Positions 39,347 to 48,939 of a stretch of 64,000 bases of DNA are shown here, piece after piece; positions within the stretch are counted from its first letter, which is position 1, and each line of letters starts with the position of its first letter. Origin of the DNA: Cellulophaga sp. (lineage in GTDB: Bacteria > Bacteroidota > Bacteroidia > Flavobacteriales > Flavobacteriaceae); assembly GCA_030731855.1 (NCBI GenBank), contig JANQTG010000143.1, forward strand, positions 20,617 to 84,616, in the 5' to 3' direction. The position numbers and the translations under genes are program-made. Below the pieces are notes generated by a model, which was not told the DNA's origin, did not search any database, and was given only the letters and a program-made list of their open reading frames with translations.

Positions 39347-40579
39347 TTAATCTGCTAATTCTTCTTTTAAGATTCGAACAACTTCAATAATTGTCTCTTC
39401 TTCTAAGTCAGTTCTCTTTACTAAATCGTCAATATCTTGCTCTAAAACACTACGAGCAGTATCCATACCTATTTTCTTAAATTCTTCGATGATCCAAGCT
39501 TCAATTTCATCAGAGAATTCTGTTAATTCTACATCTTCCTCTACTCCTTCTCTAAATACATCAATTTCATAACCTGTTAACTGACCCGCTAATCTAATAT
39601 TGTGACCGCCACGACCAATTGCTTTTGAAACCTCTTCAGGTCTTAAATATACTTGAGCAGTCATTTTTTCGTCATCTAACTTTACAGAAGACACACGAGC
39701 AGGACTTAGTGCTCTGGTTACTAACAACTGTGGATTACTTGTCCAGTTGATAACATCAATATTTTCGTTTCCTAATTCACGAACAATACCGTGAATACGT
39801 GAACCTTTCATACCTACACAAGCTCCTACAGGATCAATACGATCATCATAAGAATCTACGGCTACTTTTGCTTTTTCACCAGGAATACGAACCACTTTTT
39901 TAACCGTAATTAAACCGTCAAAAACTTCAGGAATCTCCTGAAAAAATAATTGCTCTAAAAATGCTGGTGCTGTTCTCGACATGATAATTAAAGGCTTGTT
40001 TCCTTTTAATTCAACACTCTCAATAATACCGCGAACATTATCTCCTTTTCTAAAAAAGTCTGAAGGGATTTGCTTTTCTTTCGGCATAATGATTTCGTTA
40101 CCTTCATCATCTAATAAAATAACTACCTTGTGCCTAATATGATGTACCTCAGCAGTATATATTTCGCCTTCTAAATCTTTAAATTGCTTGTAGATAGTTG
40201 TATTATCATGCTCGTGAATTTTAGATATTAAGTTTTGACGCAATGCCAAAATAGCTCTTCTACCTAAATGAATTAGTTTCACCTCTTCGGAAACATCTTC
40301 ACCAACTTCAAAATCTGGCTCAATTTTACGTGCTTCACTTAATGATATTTCTTCATTAGGTTCTTCAACTTCTCCGTCTTCAACTACCACACGGTTTCTC
40401 CAAATTTCCAAATCGCCTTTATCTGGATTAATGATAATATCAAAGTTATCATCAGACCCAAATTTCTTCTTTAAAGCATTTCTAAAAACATCTTCTAGAA
40501 TTGCCATAAGCGTTACCCTGTCAATGAACTTATCGTCTTTGAACTCCGAAAAAGATTCGATCAGCGCAATATTTTCCAT
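39347..40579 (-). CDS. nusA: Transcription termination/antitermination factor NusA
   Basis: S1 and KH domains, R.PGEKAKVAV, DPVGACVGMKGSRI, AIGRGGHNIRLA. Confidence 0.98.
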   Translation of the reverse strand: MENIALIESFSEFKDDKFIDRVTLMAILEDVFRNALKKKFGSDDNFDIIINPDKGDLEIWRNRVVVEDGEVEEPNEEISLSEARKIEPDFEVGEDVSEEVKLIHLGRRAILALRQNLISKIHEHDNTTIYKQFKDLEGEIYTAEVHHIRHKVVILLDDEGNEIIMPKEKQIPSDFFRKGDNVRGIIESVELKGNKPLIIMSRTAPAFLEQLFFQEIPEVFDGLITVKKVVRIPGEKAKVAVDSYDDRIDPVGACVGMKGSRIHGIVRELGNENIDVINWTSNPQLLVTRALSPARVSSVKLDDEKMTAQVYLRPEEVSKAIGRGGHNIRLAGQLTGYEIDVFREGVEEDVELTEFSDEIEAWIIEEFKKIGMDTARSVLEQDIDDLVKRTDLEEETIIEVVRILKEELAD

Positions 40580-40591
40580 GTTGAACTACAA

Positions 40592-41053
40592 TTAAAATTT
40601 TATAATAACTTTTGCTTCTTGAATATCAGAAAAACGTATAGTTTGTTTATTCTGAACTGTTACTTTACCCTTGCCAACTGGCTTAGGCTCTCTAGATTCC
40701 CATTCTAAGGTTATTTCCTGATCGTTTGCATCAGTTAAAAAACCCTCAAATTTAGCATCTTGAGTCTTGACTTCCAATTCTCTACCTATATTCTTTTTAT
40801 ATTGACGAGGCATAATCATCGGTGTTGTTGCTCCTACCGAAGCAACTTCCAGAGAAAAATCTTCTTCTTCTCTATCTAAATTATGCTCAATCGCTCTACT
40901 TATAGCAATACAATCTTTAAGCGTAACACCATTATCACCGTCTAAAGTGATGTTTATCTTATTACCAGCTCCTAAAGTAAAATCAATCAAAAAAATAGAT
41001 TCATTTTCCTGTAAACCTGTCTCCAATAAAGCCAATACCTTCTCTTTAAACAT
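40592..41053 (-). CDS. rimP: Ribosome maturation factor RimP (start ATG 41053)
   Basis: LDGDNGVTLKDC..SR, LEVAS.G, Y.KNIGR; rimP-nusA-infB synteny. Confidence 0.95.
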   Translation of the reverse strand: MFKEKVLALLETGLQENESIFLIDFTLGAGNKINITLDGDNGVTLKDCIAISRAIEHNLDREEEDFSLEVASVGATTPMIMPRQYKKNIGRELEVKTQDAKFEGFLTDANDQEITLEWESREPKPVGKGKVTVQNKQTIRFSDIQEAKVIIKF

Positions 41054-41070
41054 AAATTTGAGTAATAAAA

Positions 41071-41091
41071 GAGGGGACAATTAGTCCCCTC
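41071..41091 (-). promoter_or_regulatory. GC-rich leader hairpin upstream of rimP
   Basis: GAGGGGAC-AATTA-GTCCCCTC, 17 nt before the ATG and downstream of a -7 box TATATTTG at 41120-41127. Confidence 0.65.
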
Positions 41092-41202
41092 GTATATTCT
41101 ATTCATCATTTTAGCAGTGCAAATATACAACTTTTTTCAACATATTATTATATTTAAAATTGCAAAGCGCTACTATGTAAGAAACAAAAATAACTTAAAA
41201 AC

Positions 41203-41233
41203 AAAAACCCTACTTTTAAAGAAGTAGGGTTTT
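41203..41233 (-). terminator. Intrinsic terminator after tRNA-Gln
   Basis: Stem AAAACCCTACTT/AAGTAGGGTTTT. Confidence 0.85.
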
Positions 41234-41242
41234 ATAAAAAAG

Positions 41243-41314
41243 TTGGTCCACAAGGACTCGAACCTTGAATGACGGTACCAAAAACCGGAGTGTTGCCAAT
41301 TACACCATGGACCA
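41243..41314 (-). tRNA. tRNA-Gln(UUG)
   Basis: TGGTCCATGGTGTAATTGGCAACACTCCGGTTTTTGGTACCGTCATTCAAGGTTCGAGTCCTTGTGGACCAA: U1-A72 acceptor stem, TTG anticodon, GTTCGAG T-loop, CCA not encoded. Confidence 0.96.
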
Positions 41315-41332
41315 TTACCTCTAAAAGCGGTG

Positions 41333-41363
41333 CAAATTTATAACAAAGTTTTATATCCACAAA
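41333..41363 (-). promoter_or_regulatory. Sigma-A promoter of tRNA-Gln
   Basis: TTTG-N19-TAAATTTG, an exact Bacteroidota consensus. Confidence 0.85.
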
Positions 41364-41654
41364 TATTTTGTCCAAAATTAATCTGGTTTTATCGAAATAA
41401 ACCACTCTTAAAACGTAAAAGGCTAGCATTTAAGAGTTTCAAAAAAATCAAAACAACAAATTGTATTAAAAAAGCTCCATACACGAATAGCCTAATCACA
41501 AAGCTATTTCTAGTTATAAATCTAAAAACCAACACCTTAACTATAATTATTTTTCAAAACAACAAAACGCTTGGATGTTAAAGGTTTATAAAAAAATGAA
41601 TAGCATATCTATATTAATTACTAAATTCGCCGTAATTGTTAAACTAGGACATAG

Positions 41655-44600
41655 ATGTTTTCTAAGAATTTTGAAAAATGGGACTCCATTTTAGGATGGT
41701 TTGTTTTTTTTATTGCATTAATTACGTACACCATTACCGTTGAACCTACAGGCAGTTTTTGGGATGCTGGCGAATATATTGCAACTTCTGCAAAGCTTCA
41801 GGTTGGTCACCCACCAGGAGCACCACTACTACAAATGATAGGTGCCTTTTTTGCTATGTTCGCATTTGGAGACCCCACAAAAGTAGCCTTTATGGTGAAC
41901 TACGTTTCGGTTGCCTCTAGCGCATTTACCATCCTTTTTATGTTTTGGACGATTACTAATCTTGCTAAAAAACTTATTTTAAAGGATGAATTAATTACCA
42001 ACAGCAAAATGATCGCCGTTTTTGGTAGCGCAATTGTTGGCTCTTTGGCTTTTACTTTTTCTGATAGTTTTTGGTTTAACGCAGGAGAAACTGAAGTGTA
42101 TTCTATGGCTAGCTTTATTATGGCACTTTTACTTTGGATGGGCTTAAAATGGGTCGATGATCTAGAATCACCAAGAGGTAATAAATGGATTATACTGATT
42201 TCTTTTGTCGTAGGTTTAACATTCGGAATTCAGTTTATGGGCTTTTTAGCCATCCCTACTATTGGTCTCTTATATTATTTCAAAACATACGAAACAACTA
42301 CCGTAAAGAATTTTCTACTAGCAAATATTATAGTAGTAGCTATTTTAATGCTCGTTTATAAATTTTCACTAACCTATGTCTTAGTCGCTTTTGGGTGGAG
42401 TGAGGTATTTTTTATAAATACTATTGGACTACCCTTTAATTCTGGCTCTGTAATAATGGGTTTAATTTTTATTGCGATTTTCTATTTTGGATTAAATTAT
42501 ACTAGAAAGCACGACTACAAGACAGCCAATACCCTAGTTTTATGCTTGTTGTTTTTGTTTTTAGGATTTTCTTCATGGTTAATGCTTCCTATTAGAGCAA
42601 ATGCGGATGTTGTGATTAATGAAAACGATCCATCAGATGCGCGTTCTTTGTTAGCTTACTACAATAGAGAGCAGTATCCGAGTGTTGATAGTCCAATCTA
42701 TGGAGCCTACTATTCTAATGCTTTTGCTGGTGCAGGTGAAGAAAAAGATGATAAACCAAAATACGAAAGAGACGAAAAAACTGGAAAGTATATTATCGTC
42801 AATAAATATAAGAATGCAACCCAAGGTCCTAACAAAAAGCACGTAGGGTTTTTACCAAGAATGTGGAGCGAACAAAATACGGAAAATTACATGCGTTATT
42901 TTGGTGCTTTAGATTTTAAACCTACCACAAATAACGAAGAATTAAAAACAGCTATTGCACAACTTAAAAGTGGCTTTGCAAAAGGAGAAATTGGGGAAAG
43001 CGAATACATTGCTTTTTTAAATAGATTTAGCGATTACCTAGAGGTTCAACCACCAACGGTTTGGCAAAATATTCAGTACATGTTCGAATTTCAGTTTGGC
43101 TATATGTATTGGCGTTATTTTATGTGGAATTTCACAGGAAAACAAAACGACAAACAAGGTCGATATGACGAGAATGGGAACTGGCTAAGCGGCATTACTT
43201 TTATTGATGCTATGCGCCCTGCCATCGGGAGTCAAGAAAATTTACCCACTGAGGTTTTAGATAATAAAGGCCGGAATTTATACTACTTTCTACCGCTTTT
43301 ACTAGGTATTATTGGTATTTTGTTTCAAATCGGCAAAAACCCAAAGCAGTTTTGGGCGCTACTCGTGTTCTTTTTATTTACCGGACTTGCCATTCAATTT
43401 TATACCAACCCAGGTATTTTTCAGCCTAGAGAACGTGACTATTCTTTAGTAGGCTCGTTTTATGTATTTGCTATTTGGATTGGACTAGGCGTTTACGGTT
43501 TGTTTGATGCTTTTAAAAAAATACTCAGTCCTAAAATTTTAGCTCCAGTAATTACACTAATTTGCTTTTTTGCCGTACCTTTTTTAATGGCGTATCAAAA
43601 CTGGGACGATCATGACAGATCTAATAGATTTACAGCACAAAGTACTGCCAAAGCATACTTAGGCTCCACACAAGAAAATGCTGGCGCCATGCTTTTTACC
43701 ATTGGTGATAACGATACATTCCCATTATGGTTTGCACAAGAAATAGAAGGCTACAGAACTGATGTTCGTGTTATCAACACCAGTCTTTTTCAAACGGACT
43801 GGTACATTGACCAAATGAAGAAAAAAGCGTACACCAGTGAAGCGATACCATCACAACTTACGCATTTTAAGTATAGACAAGGTTCTCGAGACGTGGTGTA
43901 TTATCAAAATGTAGATCAGTTATACAATAAAAACATCTCAGAATCACGTTGGGACATTAAGGCATTTATGGACTGGGTAGCTAGTGATGAACCTAGAACT
44001 AAACTACGTAGTGTTTTAGAAGCTCAAGATGCAGACCTTGGTCAGTATCCAGAAAATACTTTAGATATTGTTTTTTACCCAACCAACCATATTCGTGTAC
44101 CTGTTAATAAGGAGAATGTTTTAAAGAGTGGTTTGGTTAAAGAAAAAGATTCGGCTTTAATTGTTGATTATATTGATATTGAACTTCCTAAAAGTGCGCT
44201 ACCAAAAAACCGCCTTTTAATGCTTGATATTATAGCTAATAATGATTGGAAACGCCCAATTTACTTCTCAGGTGGTAGTTTCGATGATGGCGAATATATT
44301 TGGATGAAAGACTATTTACAATTAGATGGTTTAGTCTACAAATTAGTGCCCATTAAAACGGAGTTTGATAAACGTTCTTATGAAATGGGACGCATTGATA
44401 GTGAATTAATGTATAATATTGTAAAAACTTGGGATTGGGGTAACTCTGGAAGTTCAGACATTTACCATGATACACAAACAAGAATTCAAGGCTTATCGTT
44501 CAGAGGGAATCTAGCACGCTTAGTGGAGCAACTTATTAACGAGAATAAGATTAGCAAAGCAAAAGAAATGATAGATATTGCCATGACCAACATGCCTGTT

Positions 44601-45026
44601 GAATATTTTGAATATCATGCTTTTGTAGAGCCTTTTGTTGATGGTTATTATAAGGTTGGGGAAACTAAAAAAGCACGTGAGTTGTTTGAAAAATTAAAAA
44701 TAATTTACCAAGAACGACTTAATTTTTATGCAAGTATGCCTCTGGATGAGCAGTACGAAAAATTAAATGATATTATAACTGATATGGAAGCCTACAATAG
44801 AAATATTGATATTGTCATAAGAAACGGTGATAAAGAAATTGCGGAAAAAGAAACGTTAATCTTTAATGATTATATTGATAAGTTTAGCAGATTTGTTGAC
44901 GGTAACGATGATCAATTAATTCGTGAATCACGACCAATAAATCCAGATTTACTAGATTCAAACGCTATAGAAAATGATATTATAGAAGAGGAAGAAGTAG
45001 ACTCCGTTAAAGGTACAGAAGAGTAA
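41655..45026 (+). CDS. DUF2723/TMEM260-family polytopic membrane protein (GT-C-like glycosyltransferase)
   Basis: SFWDAGEYIA...GHPPGAP, FWFNA.E.EVY, many TM segments, GDNDTFPLW, large C-terminal soluble domain. Confidence 0.88.
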   Translation: MFSKNFEKWDSILGWFVFFIALITYTITVEPTGSFWDAGEYIATSAKLQVGHPPGAPLLQMIGAFFAMFAFGDPTKVAFMVNYVSVASSAFTILFMFWTITNLAKKLILKDELITNSKMIAVFGSAIVGSLAFTFSDSFWFNAGETEVYSMASFIMALLLWMGLKWVDDLESPRGNKWIILISFVVGLTFGIQFMGFLAIPTIGLLYYFKTYETTTVKNFLLANIIVVAILMLVYKFSLTYVLVAFGWSEVFFINTIGLPFNSGSVIMGLIFIAIFYFGLNYTRKHDYKTANTLVLCLLFLFLGFSSWLMLPIRANADVVINENDPSDARSLLAYYNREQYPSVDSPIYGAYYSNAFAGAGEEKDDKPKYERDEKTGKYIIVNKYKNATQGPNKKHVGFLPRMWSEQNTENYMRYFGALDFKPTTNNEELKTAIAQLKSGFAKGEIGESEYIAFLNRFSDYLEVQPPTVWQNIQYMFEFQFGYMYWRYFMWNFTGKQNDKQGRYDENGNWLSGITFIDAMRPAIGSQENLPTEVLDNKGRNLYYFLPLLLGIIGILFQIGKNPKQFWALLVFFLFTGLAIQFYTNPGIFQPRERDYSLVGSFYVFAIWIGLGVYGLFDAFKKILSPKILAPVITLICFFAVPFLMAYQNWDDHDRSNRFTAQSTAKAYLGSTQENAGAMLFTIGDNDTFPLWFAQEIEGYRTDVRVINTSLFQTDWYIDQMKKKAYTSEAIPSQLTHFKYRQGSRDVVYYQNVDQLYNKNISESRWDIKAFMDWVASDEPRTKLRSVLEAQDADLGQYPENTLDIVFYPTNHIRVPVNKENVLKSGLVKEKDSALIVDYIDIELPKSALPKNRLLMLDIIANNDWKRPIYFSGGSFDDGEYIWMKDYLQLDGLVYKLVPIKTEFDKRSYEMGRIDSELMYNIVKTWDWGNSGSSDIYHDTQTRIQGLSFRGNLARLVEQLINENKISKAKEMIDIAMTNMPVEYFEYHAFVEPFVDGYYKVGETKKARELFEKLKIIYQERLNFYASMPLDEQYEKLNDIITDMEAYNRNIDIVIRNGDKEIAEKETLIFNDYIDKFSRFVDGNDDQLIRESRPINPDLLDSNAIENDIIEEEEVDSVKGTEE

Positions 45027-45070
45027 GCACAAAAAAAACCGAGTTTTTCCTCTCGGTTTTTTTTGTGCTT
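45025..45070. terminator. Bidirectional intrinsic terminator
   Basis: 19-bp stem AAGCAC-A8-CCGAG/CTCGG-T8-GTGCTT between convergent genes. Confidence 0.88.
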
Positions 45071-45076
45071 TAGTTT

Positions 45077-45373
45077 TTAAATGTATTCGTTTAAAATTCC
45101 AAGTAGTGTATTTGCATCCTGCACACCACTTTGTCGCCAGATCATTTCACCATTTTTATAAATCATTAAAGTAGGCAAACCTTTTACTCTTAGCGCTTGT
45201 GAAAGTTCTTTATTCTTGTCAATATCAATTTTTATAACCTTACCCTTATCCCCTAAAGCAGCTGCAACATCACGAAGCACAGCATGCATCGCGGTGGATT
45301 GTTCGTTCCATTCTGCATAAAAATCCAATAACACAGGAGTTTTAGATTCAATTAGTTCACCAAATTTAGACAT
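45077..45373 (-). CDS. Thioredoxin-fold protein lacking CXXC (start ATG 45373)
   Basis: PVLLDFYAEW, KIDIDKN, V.GLPTLMIYKNG; WNEQS replaces WCGPC. Confidence 0.88.
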   Translation of the reverse strand: MSKFGELIESKTPVLLDFYAEWNEQSTAMHAVLRDVAAALGDKGKVIKIDIDKNKELSQALRVKGLPTLMIYKNGEMIWRQSGVQDANTLLGILNEYI

Positions 45374-45464
45374 AGAAAAAAAATTGTATTGATTATCCAA
45401 AAATAAGAAAAAATGTTAAAACATAAATTTATAAAAAGTTTTTGTCGTTTTAATCCTATGAAAA

Positions 45465-46694
45465 TTAGACCAAACCCTTTTTCTTCAAAGTAATTACGGT
45501 TATTTCTGGCCAAATTCCTACCCGTCCAGGATAGCCTAAAAACCCAAATCCTCTGTTTACATTAATATACTGACCCAGCTCTTTATAAATACCTGCCCAA
45601 TGTTTATAGCGCCAACTTGCAGGACTCCATTTTATAAAACCAGGAATTTCTATTCCGAATTGCATCCCATGGGTATGCCCACTAAGTGTTAAATGATAAT
45701 GATAATCGTCTTTTAAAACCACATCTTCCCAATGGCTAGGGTCGTGACTAAGCAATATCTTAAAATCGTCTTTTTTTATATTTTTAGATGCTTTTGTTAA
45801 ATCTCCTGCTTTTTTAAAGCCTCCTCTACCCCAGTTTTCAACACCAACCAAAGCAATTTTATCTTCTCCTTTTACCAAATATCTATGGTCATTTAAAATA
45901 AGATCGAATCCTATTTCTTTTTGCAACTGCTTTAAATCTTCTAGATTTTGTTGTTTTTCCGCTTCCGAATTCCAGGCTACATAGTCACCATAGTCATGAT
46001 TCCCTAAAATGGCATATTTACCATCTTTGGCTTCAAGCGTAGCAAAAAGCGCTTTCCAAGGATGCATTTCTTCTGTTTTATTATTCACCATATCACCAGT
46101 AAAAAAAAGCACATCACTTTTCTGTTCGTTTATTAAACCAATAGCATATTCCACTTTTTCTTTATTATCAAAACTACCACTATGCACATCAGATATTTGT
46201 GTTATTTGGTAGCCGTTGAAAGCCTCAGGTAAATCATCAAACTCTAAGGTATATTTCAGCACTTTAAAATTATATTTACCCTTATACATTCCATAAAGTA
46301 GCGCTCCAAAAGGCACTGCTGCTATTCCTAAAGCCAACATACTTAAAAAACGACGACGCTCAGGAAAACTAAAGTTTTTATCTATTCCGAAATATTTTTG
46401 GTAAATAGCAGCGATAAATCTGAAAATATCTTCAGAGAATAAAAACAATACAGTTATGACATTAAAAGTGATTAAGGTTAACAAGAGACCAAAGGCATAG
46501 CTTATAGAAATACTTAATACGTTTCCTTCACTATTACCAAAAGTAAATTGATATATGAAATTGCCTAGCACTAAAAAAAATAAGACCAAGTAAGTGAAGT
46601 GTACCCATGGAAATCGGAATGCTGTTTTTAAGGCTTGCAAAGTGTAAACTCCCAAAGCAAGATAAAGTATGATAAAAAATACCCAACGTAACAT
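45465..46694 (-). CDS. Membrane-anchored metallophosphoesterase (YkuE/YaeI-like)
   Basis: N-terminal TM segments; SDVH, TGDMVN, GNHD, SHDP and GHTHG calcineurin-like motifs. Confidence 0.92.
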   Translation of the reverse strand: MLRWVFFIILYLALGVYTLQALKTAFRFPWVHFTYLVLFFLVLGNFIYQFTFGNSEGNVLSISISYAFGLLLTLITFNVITVLFLFSEDIFRFIAAIYQKYFGIDKNFSFPERRRFLSMLALGIAAVPFGALLYGMYKGKYNFKVLKYTLEFDDLPEAFNGYQITQISDVHSGSFDNKEKVEYAIGLINEQKSDVLFFTGDMVNNKTEEMHPWKALFATLEAKDGKYAILGNHDYGDYVAWNSEAEKQQNLEDLKQLQKEIGFDLILNDHRYLVKGEDKIALVGVENWGRGGFKKAGDLTKASKNIKKDDFKILLSHDPSHWEDVVLKDDYHYHLTLSGHTHGMQFGIEIPGFIKWSPASWRYKHWAGIYKELGQYINVNRGFGFLGYPGRVGIWPEITVITLKKKGLV

Positions 46695-46749
46695 TTATTT
46701 TTTTTACAAAGGTATTTGTATTCTAGAAAACAGGTAGTGCATTTGAATT

Positions 46750-47472
46750 TTATTTAACTCTATTCACTACATCTTTAAGAATCTTAATATCAGAAATTAT
46801 CTTTTTATCCTCTTGAAAAAAACTCAAAGTACTCATAGGCAAACGCGATAAATTAGCATTTTTGGGATAAAATGTAGTGCCTGATAAATGAATTACTTTA
46901 AAGCCTTTCTCTTTAAATAGACGAGCATTATCCGCATTTATGCCGCTCCCAGGCATAATGGTACAAGTTTTAGCTTTTTGATGTAATTGCGTTAATAATT
47001 CCAGGCCATCAATAGCTTTTAACTGTTGCCCTGATGTTAAAATATAGTCCACTCCAATTTTTTCTAATTGATTCAAGACTAAAAAAGGATCTTTGACCCA
47101 GTCGAAAGCCCTATGAAACGTAAAGTTTAGATCTTTTGATGCTAGACTCAGCTTAGTTGTTCTCTCTATATCTAACTTAAGATCAGCGTGTAAAGCTCCC
47201 GACACAATCCCTTCGAAACCTAATTCAACACATAGCTGAATATCGTGAAGCATAGTTTCGAACTCTAAATCGTCATAGGTAAAATCGCCACTTCGCGGGC
47301 GAATTAAAACGTGAACTGGAATCGTAATTTTTTCCTTAATTAACTTTAGTAAACCAAAAGAAGGAGTAATACCACCAAGCCCTAATTCTAAACAAAGTTC
47401 AATTCTATCTGCACCAGCGTTTTGAGCATTTAAAGCAGATTCTAATGAATTAGCACAAACTTCTACGAGCAT
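46750..47472 (-). CDS. cutC: CutC-family protein
   Basis: EVCANS, GADRIELC..L..GGITPS, LIRPRSGDF.Y, TFHRAFD, ILTSGQ. Confidence 0.96.
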   Translation of the reverse strand: MLVEVCANSLESALNAQNAGADRIELCLELGLGGITPSFGLLKLIKEKITIPVHVLIRPRSGDFTYDDLEFETMLHDIQLCVELGFEGIVSGALHADLKLDIERTTKLSLASKDLNFTFHRAFDWVKDPFLVLNQLEKIGVDYILTSGQQLKAIDGLELLTQLHQKAKTCTIMPGSGINADNARLFKEKGFKVIHLSGTTFYPKNANLSRLPMSTLSFFQEDKKIISDIKILKDVVNRVK

Positions 47473-47606
47473 ATTGGTATCTTTAAGGCTCTAAAATAAG
47501 CAACACAAAACTATCATACAACAAAGAAAATTTATATAATCTTCGTAGTTTTGGAAACCAACAGAAAATATCTTAAAGTATTAGAGAATTCAATGTAACC
47601 AAATCA

Positions 47607-48890
47607 ATGGAAGAAACAACATATCAAGACGATAATCCCTCGTGGTTGCAGAAACTTAAAAATGAAAGTTGGGAGGCTGAAATTTTAGTTTCGGCAGTAG
47701 CAATTTTCGCGATATTCAAATCATTTGCTGTTTTTAATTGGATCTGTGATCTCTTTATCAATAAATTAAATCCGAGTCAATATAATATTGGCTATATGAT
47801 TACGGTTCTAGGCTTTTTAGCTTTTGGAATTTTAGGGGCTTTATTTGTAATTCATTTTGGCTTAAGAGCTTATTGGATTGGACTAGTAGGCTTAAACTCT
47901 GTATTCCCAGATTACAGTATAGAAGATACCGCCTATTCCAAAGCATTTACTGAAAAGATGTTGAAAAAACTACCTCGTCTGCAAAACTCTATAAAGAATT
48001 TAGATGAGATTTGTAGTGTTATTTTTTCAGTAGCCTTTACTTTGCTTTTAATTTACTGTTATCTTGGCATTTTTGGTGCGGTTTATTTGCTTCTTTATAA
48101 TTTACTATCAGATTTTATTCCTTCATATATCTTGCTAGCACCATTGGTTTTTATGGCTATTGTTTATAGCAATCAAATGATAATAACCGTTATTGCCAAT
48201 ATTAAAAAATTTAAGGAAAACGAAAAAATTCAGACGTGGTATTATAAATCAACCATCTGGGGCTCTGCCATATTATATGGACCGTTATATAAAAATTTAC
48301 TTCAGGTAACTATGATATTTGGAAGTAATTTTAAAAAGAAAAAAGCACTAGTCAGAACTTTGATTTTTATGCTTGTTTTTGGAGCCGCTTTGGGCCTATA
48401 TAAACTAACAGAATCAAACTTCACTTATTTGTTGGGATTTTATAAAAATGAAGATCAAACTAGAATTTACAACTCCTATTATAGCACCAATAATTTAGAA
48501 AAAAGTCTTTTACTAACTCCTGAAATTGAAACAGAATTAATTACTTCTAATACTACTAAATTATTTATTCCGATTTTTGATTTCGAAATTTCTGCATACG
48601 AAAAGAGTTGTAGCTTAGACGAATTACCAACTACTAACGAAGAAGAAAAAAGCTTAAGTAGACAAGCTTACCTTACTTGTTATCTTGAAAATCATTCGAT
48701 ATTTATCGATGATATAGTCCAAGATATTAAAATTTTTAAAACTGACCACCCAATAACAAATCAGTTTGGCGTTCAAACCTTTTTAAACCTTAGCGAGTTT
48801 GAAAATGGAAATCACACCCTTAAAATAGTAAAACAAAAGAAAACTGATGATGGAAAAACATGGGTAATACCTTTTTATATTTCGAGATAA
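47607..48890 (+). CDS. Hypothetical polytopic membrane protein
   Basis: 427-aa ORF; WLQKLKNESWEAEILVS, HFGLRAYWIGLVGLNSVFP; 5-6 TM segments then a soluble domain. Confidence 0.8.
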   Translation: MEETTYQDDNPSWLQKLKNESWEAEILVSAVAIFAIFKSFAVFNWICDLFINKLNPSQYNIGYMITVLGFLAFGILGALFVIHFGLRAYWIGLVGLNSVFPDYSIEDTAYSKAFTEKMLKKLPRLQNSIKNLDEICSVIFSVAFTLLLIYCYLGIFGAVYLLLYNLLSDFIPSYILLAPLVFMAIVYSNQMIITVIANIKKFKENEKIQTWYYKSTIWGSAILYGPLYKNLLQVTMIFGSNFKKKKALVRTLIFMLVFGAALGLYKLTESNFTYLLGFYKNEDQTRIYNSYYSTNNLEKSLLLTPEIETELITSNTTKLFIPIFDFEISAYEKSCSLDELPTTNEEEKSLSRQAYLTCYLENHSIFIDDIVQDIKIFKTDHPITNQFGVQTFLNLSEFENGNHTLKIVKQKKTDDGKTWVIPFYISR

Positions 48891-48939
48891 CTAATTAAAC
48901 ATTTTTCAAAAAATACATTCAAACAAATTATTTCTTAAA

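Noticed and set aside
41054-41080. N-terminal extension of RimP in the ORF track
   Set aside because: The upstream TTG lies within the leader hairpin; ATG 41053 fits better.
41232-41581. 65-aa and 83-aa ORFs around tRNA-Gln
   Set aside because: They overlap the tRNA or its promoter, have no recognisable features and fit chance AT-rich ORFs.
41243-41654. tRNA-Gln as an integration site
   Set aside because: No integrase, no duplicated tRNA 3' end and no cargo nearby.
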